This document shows positions 27,081 to 38,787 of a stretch of DNA of 64,000 nt, one piece after another (within the stretch, counting starts at the first letter, position 1; the number at the start of each line of letters is the position of its first letter). A program made the position numbers and the translations under genes. Under the pieces are notes generated by a model, which saw nothing but the letters and a program-made list of their open reading frames with translations, was not told the DNA's origin and searched no databases. Source of the DNA: Lytechinus pictus (Eukaryota); assembly GCF_037042905.1 (NCBI RefSeq), contig NC_087251.1, positions 25,792,001-25,856,000 of the forward strand, given 5' to 3'.

Positions 27081-29039
27081 TTTTTTTACATTTCTGGTTG
27101 AACTTCCAAGAAGAACATCACAGACTTGACATTGACAACATCAACACATTATTTTCTGCGTGCACCGTACCGCCTACTTTCGTGAATTGTCGCCCTCTCT
27201 CGACCGGGCGCGGCGCAAAAAGAAAATAAATAGCAGCAACCAATCAAAATCAAGGATTCCAGACCCCAGACAAGTTACCATTAGATGGCAAAGTTACCAT
27301 AATTTTATGGAAAGGGGCCGAGGTCCCCCATGCAGGTCCATGTAATTTAAAACGTTCGAATAATTGCTTCTCTTTATTGTTTGACCTTAACACTCTGTAT
27401 GTATTATAAATTTATTTTATTAAATGATATGGGTTTTTGTTTTCATTTACTCTCTGTGGAATTAGCTTATTTTGTAGCGGATCCATACAAAGAGGGGGAG
27501 GGATCGAGTCATTGAAAAGTTGACATGCAAAACAAAATAAATAAGTAAAAAATAAAGTAACAAAACAAAGGAGAAATAAAGGGGTTCCTCTCGAAGGGAC
27601 CTGCATTCATTTTCACTTCCAAAATTGGGGACACAGTCAAGAGAGGCACAACATACCACAGGGTGCTATTTGTGTACAACTCAACCGATCGAAGGGGTGG
27701 AATCCATGTTTATAATCAAAAAGTTTTGAGGGGGCACATGAGGGCATGGGGCAAACTTTCGAATAATTCACATTTGATCCGTTAAAAAATAAAATCCCAT
27801 TTTGTGAAGAATTTGCCAGTATATAAAAAAATATATATATTTCACCTTTTTTTCTTTCCTTTTCTTGATCATGTAGCCTTTTAAGGAGGCAGTGCCCTCC
27901 ATCCATAAGCCAAGCAGTGGCAGGATCTATGGCCAAGTATAGTCAACTCATTTATATATTTCAGTAAATCTGGTCAATTTAATGATTAAAAGATTTTTCA
28001 AAATATATTTATATATGGGTGTACATTTTATACAAGCCACATTTCCTTGTTTCTTGAGAAGCCTGTAATGCATAATCACAAAAGTTTGTTTTCACCTGAC
28101 CAATCTTCACTTATCTCATTTTACTTCTATATATATATTTTTTTTCAAACAACTTATTTAGGAGAATGGGAGAAATATGGATAGCTATTACACAAAATAA
28201 TGGATTTCGGCAGTAGCGTATTCTATATTGAAATAAGATTTGTTTTTTTAGTATAAATCAGATTCCATCATCAATGGGAGGGGAAGACCTAGTTTTAAAT
28301 TCACTTTCACCCTGATAGCCTGATCAATAGTAGTCTCTCAAATACAGCAACATCCTACAATTAAAGACAAAATCAAAGGGATAAACTGTCGCAATAGCTG
28401 ATATTCAATCAGTAGTATGAAATGCACTATTTAATGCAATTCGGTAATTCCATCACAATTCAGAATATGTCACTTCAATAAATTAAATCCATTTCATACA
28501 AATTATCAATCTGATTCATGATATTACAAATACAAACTTCCAATAATAAATAATATATGTCACATTTCACATGACCATCAAATCTCTCAGAAAAATTAGT
28601 ATTTTTTGCAATAATAAGCAGATACTTAGTACATTCCTCTCTAATATCTAACAAATATTCAATTACATTGAATTTTCAAACAAAACTTCAAAAAGATACA
28701 CAATTGATTCACAATCATATTGCAAAAGAAAAAACATGAAAGAATATAGAAAATGTATACTTCTAGTCATGACATTCATTCATTATGAAATCACTGCATT
28801 GAAATAAAAAAATTATAAATCACATTTACACCTATAACACACAAAATAATTATTTAAAAAAATCGATCAATCAATCATTATATTTTAAACCCCAAAACGA
28901 GGCACTCATATTAATAATTTTGATGATAAAATGAATGCATTTTGGAATGTTAACAGGGTTATGTACTCTTCTTCATTATCAAAATTATAATCAAACATAA
29001 TATGCTACACAACAAGACATACAAAGTCATTTTGATAAC

Positions 29040-29216
29040 CAGGTGGGTGTTTCATAAAGCTGTTCGTAAGTTAAGAGCGACTTTAAGAACGACTGGTGAT
29101 CCTTTCTAGTGGTAAATGATATATACATTGGCGATGGTTAAGCGCGTAAGAAAGGTTTACCAGCCGTTCTTAAAGTCGCTCTTAACTTACGAACAGCTTT
29201 ATGAAACGGCCCCCTG
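29040..29216. mobile_element. Harbinger-like hairpin MITE; near-identical copy at 32544-32720
   Basis: GTTTCATAAAGCTGTTCGTAAGTTAAGAGCGACTTTAAGAACG arm and its reverse complement, with CAG/CTG flanks. Confidence 0.85.
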
Positions 29217-29601
29217 AAATAACAAAATTATGAAATAAACATAATAGTAGACATGTTACAAAACCTGTTCTTAAATTGCTTGATTTTTTTGCCATTCAAA
29301 ATGAGTATACTAAGCAATATGGACAAACACAACAAATCAAAAATACATTCAAAATGTACTGAAAATTACACACATACAAATAATGATAAATGATCATGAG
29401 GAACAAGTTGGTATCTAAGGAGAAAACTAAGCATTTGAGGGATTATATTTTTTTCATTCTACAAGATTGGATTAACTTAGATTCTTACAGGAGTATGTTT
29501 ATTTTACCCTAATCAATAACAATGCCAAAGACATCATCTACCATATTTATATTGTTCGATCAATCACACCTGATCCTCCAATTTACGAAATGTTCCATAT
29601 A

Positions 29602-29829
29602 CAGTGGTGCTAAAAAGTTAGTGAAACCCACCAGAAAATGAACATATTAAAGTGTTCATGTTCTGTCATTCTTAGACATTTATTCCTGAATTCAGGTGAC
29701 AAAATATTACATTCAATAATGTTTGTTTCTCTGGGCTCGCCAAACATTGTATTGTTATTGTCTACATTCAACACTCAGCTTAAGGGAGTGCATTTTCTGG
29801 TGGGGTTCACTAACTTTCTAGAACCACTG
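29602..29829. mobile_element. Tc1/mariner-type MITE
   Basis: TA|CAGTGGTGCTAAAAAGTTAGTGAA..CCCACCAGAAAATG ... CATTTTCTGGTGGGGTTCACTAACTTTCTAGAACCACTG|TA. Confidence 0.85.
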
Positions 29830-30314
29830 TAGCTAATTCAAATATGCTTTGTTTCTACATGTACATAATAATTGAACATATATTAAAGTTCATGCTTCTG
29901 AGCCCATTATTCAGTTTGCAACTGAACAAATGTAAAGTAATTTTTGTGTCTGCATCAGTTTTCTCTTGTTCAGACAACCAAACTGTCTTAAAGATTTAAA
30001 CTGTTTATAGACTGGGTAACCCTATTCACATATGTCATCAAAATTTTTAATTTTATACCTGAGATAATGTCATAGAACAAATATACACAACATACATACA
30101 TAAACAACTTCATGTTTCATGTTTAGGAGTAGACGGCACTCAGCAACTAATGATACTGCCACTAAGACACGTGTCTTTCATAAGCTGTCCATCAACTACA
30201 TAACCAATTTTAACAGGCCAAGATGGAGGCTTGACCAAAATATTTTCTAATGTGCTTTTGCATGAATAAAAATTCCAGTGTATGAACAACAATATGAATG
30301 TAAGAACGGGTGTG

Positions 30315-30600
30315 TGGGGGTAGAAAATAGATAGGAAGATGGAGAGAGAGAGGTATAGACAGACAAAGAAAAAGAAATAGGAGAGATGGAGAGACAGGGG
30401 GTAACAAGAGAGATTGGGGGGGAGGAGACAGAAAAATAGAGAGTATGGAGATAATGGGGATATAGAGAGAAAGAAGACACAGAGAGGTTGGGAGACAAGA
30501 CAAAGAAAGGTGGAAGGGGAGTAGGAAGGGAGAGAGGGAGAGATAGAGAGAAAGGGAGATGATTAAGAAGGGAGGGAAGGAGGGATAAAAATAAGGAATC
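30315..30600. repeat. Polypurine (GA-rich) low-complexity tract
   Basis: About 280 nt dominated by G and A. It produces the spurious Leu/Ser/Pro ORFs on the - strand. Confidence 0.85.
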
Positions 30601-31145
30601 AAAATTGTGTGTTTTCCAGAATACAATAACACAGAATACATGGTAATGATGGTATACAAGAAAGGGGAATGAATAAACATGAAATACACTTTTCTGACAT
30701 AGGCAATAAATGTAATTTGTTTTCCTTACATTACAATGATGTTCACCCTTTTGTTTAAACAAAAAGAAACTACACTGAACATCCTAATCTATATGTTCTC
30801 AACAGAAATAAATCTAATCAATTTGATAAAATCAGAAAAGTCTACACATTAAGAAAGGAAAGCATCTGATTGTCTCTTATCCATCATGATTTTTCCGTCA
30901 CTTGCATAATAACTTTTCACAAATGTTATCAGGCATTGTATTGTTGCCTGATTTTATAATGAGAAATGATGAGAGTAAATATACAGTAAATATTGCATAA
31001 TTAGTAATAACGACCTGACCCTTCCCCTTTGGCATATGTTACCATATTTTAAACCATGATGTCAGTCAAATTTTGTATGAGACTGATCCCTTTTACTGTG
31101 AGCCAAGTAACCTTGATCACGGTGCTCAATAAAACTGTTCATAAA

Positions 31146-31391
31146 GGCCCTGTCACATCGCTTCTTGCAAGCGGTCCGGGTGAGTTGCAGGTGACTGCCC
31201 GCTACTCATCTGCAACAAAGTTTTCAGCAAGTTTGAAACTTTTTTACATGCAAATCAGACTTGCATGCACTTCTACGGTCAACTAGGTGTGAGATACATG
31301 CGAGATACTGTCATTGTTGGTGAATGTGGGTAGCATAAATAGTTACCCGCATGTCACAAGCAAGGCTTGCACGGAACGATATGACAGGGTC
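31146..31391. mobile_element. Short TIR MITE
   Basis: GGCCCTGTCACATCG ... CGATATGACAGGGTC. Confidence 0.6.
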
Positions 31392-31761
31392 TTCAGTCAC
31401 ACGTAGCTTTACACAACTTAACGCATGACTGGAGACCTGGGTCCCATTTAAAAAAGACTTGTTATAATAACAAATGGACAGTTTCTATAACAAATTTATT
31501 ATCAACCAATCAGATTGAAGGATTTCAGTAGCTTTAAACTGTTATTGCAAATTTGATATTATAATAGGTTTTATGAAACAGGTCCCTGTTCTTTGGTGCT
31601 TATAATCAGATTCTCAATCATTTTTTGAAATCTGGTCTTTGCAAATTAAAATGCTCATTTTTGTGGAAAATTCAACATTGGTATTTCAAATCTTTATTAG
31701 GATTAATTGATACACACTCCCATTAAATGGGAAATTTTGGTATCTCATTTACAAGAAAGGG

Positions 31762-31971
31762 CAGGGACGGATCCATGACTTTCCAAAGGGGGGGGGCACA
31801 TATTTCAGAGGAAAATTTGACAAGCAAAAAAAAAAAAAAATGGTCTTCACTTTCAAAGGGGGGGGGGGCACACTTCTGTTTTAATGGCATTTTCACATTA
31901 CAAATTCTTATTTTGATTCTCAAAAGGGGGGCACGGGCCGGCTGTGCCCCCCCCCCCTGGATCCGCCAGTG
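31762..31971. mobile_element. hAT-type G/C-run MITE
   Basis: CAGGGACGGATCCA ... TGGATCCGCCAGTG with 8-bp TSD AGAAAGGG/AGTAAGGG. Confidence 0.75.
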
Positions 31972-32543
31972 AGTAAGGGTCACCAGTCATGTGCAAATTC
32001 ATGCATTAATTACAAATAGCTATATGAAACTAGTTGTAAGGCAGCCAAATATGACCAAAAAAATGAGATTTTGTGGCATGGAAGCCTCAACAAATGGAGA
32101 CAATATATAACCTCAACTACATTATTAGAAAAATATAGATTTTTCATTCATTTCAGACATCAACAGAGGCTCAAAGTGCAATTAAACAATGAAAGCAAGC
32201 CACTAAATCCAGACCTCACCAATCCAACACACCAGTGTTGTAATGCAAAAAAGTAGTACTTTAAAGTCATAAAGGCATCGACCCTATCAAACTTTGATAT
32301 GCATCCTATGCATAATAACTGTATGTTTTAATGTTGCAGAAAATATGTTATGTGACTATTGTTTGACAACTATGCAAGGAGGGGGACCTAATCCCACAAA
32401 GGTTTGGAGGTGAACCATTGTATGTTAACAATGGTTCAATTTCTCTTATCAGACTAAATCTTCTGTACGATAGGGGGGTGCTTCACAAAGATTTAATTAT
32501 GATTAAAAATCACAATTATATAAGAGCATATAACCAAATTGGC

Positions 32544-32720
32544 CAGGTGGGTGTTTCATAAAGCTGTTCGTAAGTTAAGAGCGACTTTAAGAACGACTGG
32601 TGATAATTTCTTTTGGTAAATGGTATATTCTTTGGCGATGGTTTACCGCGTAAGAAAGGTTCACCAGTCGTTCTTATAGTCGCTCTTAACTTACGAACAG
32701 CTTCATGAAACGGCCCCCAG
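32544..32720. mobile_element. Harbinger-like hairpin MITE (copy of 29040-29216)
   Basis: Same arms and loop as the 29040 copy, with few substitutions. Confidence 0.85.
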
Positions 32721-33050
32721 ATCACATAAACAGGCTCTATTGTATTATTAATCTATGAGAATTGCACTTTGGCACTTAGACATGACATTCAGTTGGACTC
32801 TACTCTTGGTGAAATACCCCCCAGGATTTTCAGGCACAATTGTCAATGCAGAATTAAATAAATTCAGCATGTCGGTGCAAGATCGCCCTTAACAAAACAT
32901 TTCCACGCACCACATCAGTGCAGAAAATCCCTAATGCAATGCACTTCAATATGCATACTGGCTGCTTAGGGCCTTTTCCGCGTGCGAAGTGTGGTATTAA
33001 AGGCGTTCTTGCACCGACACAATGAATCAGTGATTCACCTTCACTTAGTG

Positions 33051-36000
33051 TTAAGGAAATGGAGGAGGTACGGTGGTGGTGACATTGTTACACCAAGGAT
33101 CAGGTTTACAGAACGGATCCAGGCAGAAGGTTGGGAATGAGCAGCAGGTGCAGATAGCATCGTGGACCAGACACGTCTCCGTTGCTAGGAAACAACATCC
33201 TCTGTAGTCTCCACAGCATCCCCAGTCAGACCCAAAGATGAACCAGCCATCGGTGTACTGCAGTATGGGATGGGCATTCAAAAAATAGAAGTTTTATTTA
33301 CCTATTGCATGATCATTTTTGTTATTTTAGTGAGTTAAGTGACAATTCACTACAAATATGTGAGTCGTCCATGGAGTACAAGCCAATAATGCAAAATTAA
33401 TATTTCAGGTTATAGAACTGTTATTTTGTAATTTAAAGGGATGGTCCGCGCTGAAAGTATGTATAGCTTAATAAATAGAGTAGAATTCACTGACCAAAAT
33501 GCAGAAAATTTCATCAAAATCTGATAACAAATAACAAAGTTTTCGAATTTTAAAGTTTAGCAATATTTTGTGAAACAGCCGTCATGAATATTCATTAGGT
33601 GGGCTGATGATGTCACATCTCCACTTGTTCTTTTGTATTTTATTATATGAAATTAAGTTTATTCAAATTTTTTCCTCCAAGAACTAGAAAAATTGGATTG
33701 ACAACTGATTTAGTGCATTAGATATTTATTGCTGCAACTTATTTCATTATAAGGGAGACATATTATTCACACAAGTATGAAATAATGAAAAAATTATGAT
33801 TTTATGTAATAACATAAGAAGACGGAAAGTGGAGATGTGACATCATCAGCCCACCTAATGAATATTCATGACGACTGTTTTCACAAAATATTGCTAAATT
33901 TTAAACTTTAATAACTTTATTATTTGTTATCCGATTTTGATGGAATTTTCGGCATTTTGCTCAGTGAATTCTACTCTATGTATTAAGATATAAATATTTT
34001 CAGCCCGGACCATCCCTTTAAGTAACTTGAGTGATAGGTTACTCAGAATAAAACAAGTAGAAATATTGATTGATTCTCTTACATGTAGTTCAAACCATTC
34101 TTCTCTTGTTTTCCACTTAAAATATTTTGAAAACTAAAAATAAAATTGATAAGATATATATATTTTCTTCATTTTAACTAAATAGTGTTGCCAGAACATG
34201 CTGATTAGAGAAGTGACTGTAGGGGCAAGTCATTGACAAAACACCCTAAAATATTTAATCTGCTTAAAGTTCCAGCATACTATAAACCATATCAATTCTG
34301 TTTCTACAACGAATCTGGCAGAAAAATATGTAACAATCAATAGTTTCAAAACAAAATTTACTCACTATCCATGATTTGCACCCTGGTTCAAAACAGCTGA
34401 TGTTGCCGCATGCAATCAACCTTGCTACTTCCTCAGCCAACTTGGAGTTGTTTCCAAGACCCAAGACATCCTCAACAAGCTCTATGGTTTCCTCAAGATC
34501 AAGGCCATCCTCACCAAGCAAGTGGGCTAAGGCCATAAATTGATGGGAACAATACAGAAAAAATAATGATTTATTATCATATTTCAATTGAATCAAGGTT
34601 GTATCATATTAACAGTTTTTAAACATAAACAAAATAAAGTGCCATATAATCTTGCCTATTATGATCAAATTTATGTAAAATATTAATGCACAGTTATAAC
34701 ACTAGAAATCCTGAAAATCACTATGGTGTAGAATGTAAAAATACAGCAAATTCCTTTTTTTTTTAATTAAAAAGAACTTTTATTTGGAATTCTCTTCCCA
34801 GTAACATAACAGATTTCATATCTAAATTCCTTTAAATCTAAGCTTACAAACTTTCTTTTCATACATTCAACATCTTAATTTGATTCATCCCATCATATTT
34901 CTGTTTATTTAATCAGTACAAGTCTTTATTTTATATTTTACTGTAAGGATTGCCTCGACAGAACCTTTGCTTTGTTTTTTTGCAGTTTCCCATTTCATGT
35001 TCATTTTTATGCATGTACTGTAAATAGCTTTTGTAAAATCTTAGCTTTCTTATCTTACTTGCATCTTACTATTTATCTTTGTTTATTTTTTCTTTACTTT
35101 TTGTGTGTTTTTATTGTTTTTTAAACATTATCAATGTATTTTAATGGACTTGAATAAATCAATAAATGAAACAAATGATACACACAAAAAGATTAACAGA
35201 GATCTCCATACATGTGAGCAAATAGATATTTGAGGAACAACTTTTTTTTCTTGGTGTCAAAGATTTTCAAACCCCATAAAAGTGTGATCATCTAGGGTTT
35301 GGGGTAAGGAATCATCGACATGAATTCACAAAAGACAAGAGATTGTAGCATTCATTTAACCCATTTTAAGTTTCTTATGTGCATTAAAATAGATGTAATA
35401 TTAAGCTTCTATTTACAATTGGATCAGACTCAATGTGCCCACATGTGTGTTTAACTTTGAATTTACATTGTGAATTCAAGCCATTGGGTTTAATATGCAG
35501 GGAATTAAAAGATATATTTTTTTCTCTCTTAATACGCTTAATAAGCCAGATAACATATATCTTTTCAATGCATTTAAAGAATATGAATAAAGTTGATGTA
35601 ACATTGAATAAAAAAATTACAAAGAGATGCCAGTGATTTTGCTCTCTGATTTTTTTTAAACATAGGCCTTCATGTTCACATGAAGTCCCTTCCCAATGCT
35701 GAGTTATGCAATGTTGTTTATTTGCAGATTTGGAAAAATCAAACCCAAAATGTAAACATATAAATGCAATCTGAATGGAGACTTCTCATTAGACATACCT
35801 AGATACCAGTGAATTTTCTTTACACATTCCACATCTTTGCAATCCAAGATTTTTGATGACAGGACCTTCTTCGCATGGTGGCTGTACTCCTGCTGACATG
35901 CAAACAACCCCTGAAAGTCGTAAGCCTGGTGAGCCGGACAAGCTTCCTCTGATGACACTCCCTTTGACAGACGAAGAGCTGTTCTGGCAATGGAGCCGTG

Positions 36001-36877
36001 GTAGATAAATGCTGCCCTCGCTTGGTTGAACTTGTTCTGCACATCAGAGATTGGAACCAGATACCCAATCATTGCATCATAAAGTTTGACAAGGTCAGAG
36101 AGGGCAAGTCCTGTAGATGTTGATAATGCCTGAGAGGCCAAAACCATGTCCTTGGCTGCCGATGTAATCTTTGCTTTCATATCTTGAACAAATAAAATCA
36201 AAACAAAACAACTCTGATAATATTCCAATGCAGTAATAGCTAGGTCAAAGTCCTGAACTTGATTTCATAAGTACTTTAGTCAAGGAAAACAAAAGCAAAC
36301 ACATCTACCAAATGAAATGTTTGTTTCACAAAAATCTGGGGGTTACAAAATAATACATTTTCACAATGCAGTTTCTTTTAAATCCAAAATTATTTTCAAT
36401 AGATATGACCTCTCTTTCATCTTGAATTTTTTTAATAATAAATCAAGATACATGTATTTGTTCATGGTACAAAAGAGTTACAGTGCATGGGCTCTTGTAA
36501 TCACCTGGAATTTTTCTCTGGTACAGAAATTTCTTTGGAATCTCCAGTTTTGACAGAACGAATGGCTGTCCATTCTTTCCCATTCTATCTTCTAGATCAA
36601 CCACTGAGATGATGGAAACAACATTCCCTGCTGTTTCCTCTCTAGCTTTCCACAACGTTGATAGTACTTTGGGTTCTTCATCTTGGATGTCAGAACTGAT
36701 GTTGAAGAGCAAACCTTCTGATTTGAAAATCGCTCCAATGCCTTCTGGAGAGTTGATAGTAAAGGATTGAAGCTCAACTTTCTTTCCCTTCTCCTCCTTG
36801 GAGATGAACTCTTTGGCGGATGCCACTACCACCAGCAGCACAATGGCAGTCTGAAGATGATTGATGTATTTTAGCAT
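33051..36877 (-). CDS. Uncharacterised secreted protein (~374 aa) with a C-terminal Cys-rich, PLA2-like domain
   Basis: Exons 36877-36505, 36182-35799, 34526-34366, 33257-33051. Phases 1,1,0, all GT-AG, 1125 nt with no internal stop. Signal-peptide-like start MLKYINHLQTAIVLLVVVASA-KE. Last exon is YTDGWFIFGSDWGCCGDYRGCCFLATETCLVHDAICTCCSFPTFCLDPFCKPDPWCNNVTTTVPPPFP*. There is an acceptor at 36898 upstream of the ATG, and a probable non-coding first exon with donor AAG|GTGAGC at 37374. Confidence 0.85.
33433..34021. mobile_element. Kolobok/T2-like palindromic MITE in the last intron
   Basis: TTAA|AGGGATGGTCCG.GCTGAAA ... TTTCAGCCCGGACCATCCCT|TTAA, with ~200-nt inverted arms. Confidence 0.9.
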
Positions 36878-37373
36878 GTCTGATGGATGGTTTGAAGTCT
36901 GTGAGAGACAGATAATTGCATGATTGGATATTTGATATAAAAATGCCAAAATGAAAATAAATACTTTTTTACTGAAATGATTACCAGCAGCTAGTATCAT
37001 CACAAGGAAATATAGACTCTATCCTCCATTAACATATTCACATTCCATTTCTTTAACCTTACGCCAACAGATATTTCATAAAATCAGGACAATTAATACT
37101 TTGACTTGGTCTTGGTTTACTTAAGTTTAAACCAAGTCAAATAATTTTCATAACAATTTCCATAATTAGATTTAGAACTCTACTGTTTGTTCTACTTGTT
37201 TTAGGCCTAATTATCAATTTTTGGGATTTATATTTATTAAATTATTTACTAGTACTACTACGGTATATTTTTCTGTTTCAAAAGTCATGGATCTGAACTT
37301 CCTGAACTTGGAATGGATTACATCTACAGACAGACAGAGGTACACATGCACAGACAACATGGACAAGGCTCAC

Positions 37374-38116
37374 CTTGTGCTGACTTCTGTCACTCAGTCT
37401 CAGAGAGATCGAGTAAAAGCTAGTAACGAAAGGAAGCAAGGGGATGGTTGCTGGTTGCCCCGCCCGGGTCGACCACGGCAGGCGCGGTAAGACTGAACGC
37501 CCTCGGCCCTGTGTCGACTGTAGTGTAGGCTGTAGCTGTCAGTCTTGTTATGACTTGTTATCTTCTTCACGCCAATTGTATCCCGTCCACCAAGAGCCCA
37601 AAACGATAAAAAAGACGTGCCACTTGTTGGAGTAAAACTATGGAAACTATTAAGGTTTTTAATTAAAACGTACTACTATTACGGTACTACTAGACTTGTG
37701 AGTAGTGGTATACTTCACGGAAATCTCGGCCCGGGACTCTTGAGCTTGCACTTGCTTGATTACGCAGAGCGCGCGCTGTACACAGTGCAGTGCACATGCA
37801 CAGTGGCCAATACCAAAGATACCGTCGAGTCATCATGTGATCACATAACTATATCATCACGTGATCGCCCATGTGTTGCGCGTAAATTAATTACGGACTC
37901 GACTGGAGGAAATCAACAGAAGAAGAAGAAGAAGAAGGTTACCGTAAATTACCTTCATTCATCGTGATCGCAAACAACGTCCATGTGAAATGAAGTTTGT
38001 CAAAATGAACGTCTAACTTTTAGATCAAAGTCTAGGAAATCAACAGACTGCCCAGACCAAGCTGGTGAATGATTGAACAGAAGACCGATGATTTAAAAAA
38101 ATCAAACCGTGAACAG
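37374..38116. promoter_or_regulatory. Probable bidirectional promoter and non-coding first exons of the secreted-protein gene (-) and TRMT61B (+)
   Basis: CpG-richer island bounded by two outward-facing donors (- strand at 37374, + strand CAG|GTAAGC at 38116). It contains the E-box palindrome ATCACGTGAT at 37856-37865. Confidence 0.65.
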
Positions 38117-38285
38117 GTAAGCCAAGGCAGCCCAAGCCCACTCACAGTCACACTAATACGATTACGAGGTGAGCCAAGCCAAGGGCAAGGCTTATTATAT
38201 TTATAATATTAAATGCCAGTGGCAGTGGCACTCATTCAATGAACAAGGTTATCATATAACTGCCAGTGGCAGTGTGTGTAGGCTG

Positions 38286-38787
38286 TAGCCAGGAGGCTTC
38301 TAGAGAGTAAAAATCATTTACTAAACATGCTAAAAAGTAAAAGTAACGTATGCTTACTCTCAATGAAACCACGTATTCCTTCCCATTTATCTGCGTGTAC
38401 CGCCAAAAAACCTGAAAATTTCGCCCCCGAGATTTCTACTTTCCTTCTAAAAGATCTAGCCCTAAATCATGTACATGGGATAAAACTTCATTTCCGACAT
38501 TTCTACGCTCTCGGTTTTATTTTTAAACAAGAATTCATCAAAAAAATGAGAAAAATATTGTGAAAAGACGGAAGAGACTTGCCCGATGTTTACGCCGCCA
38601 TCTTGTTTCCTATTATACTTCCCCAACGTTACGGATGCGTGCGTTTAGAAGGAAAGTAGAAATCTTGGGGGCGAAAGTTTCAGGTTTTTTGGCGGTACAT
38701 GCAGATGAATAGGAAGGAATACCTGGCTTCATTGAGAGTAAGCATACGTTAGTAAATTATTTTTACTCTCTAGAAGCCTCCCGGCTA
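38286..38787. mobile_element. Long palindromic MITE in TRMT61B intron 1
   Basis: TAGCCAGGAGGCTTCTAGAGAGTAAAAAT ... ATTTTTACTCTCTAGAAGCCTCCCGGCTA, arms ~150 nt. Confidence 0.8.

Noticed and set aside
30210-30762. 159-aa and 171-aa hydrophobic ORFs
   Set aside because: Translation of a GA/CT low-complexity tract.
36443-36504. Longer first coding exon using the donor GTATCT at 36451
   Set aside because: Its phase 0 is incompatible with the next exon. CAG|GTGATT at 36505 gives the right phase.
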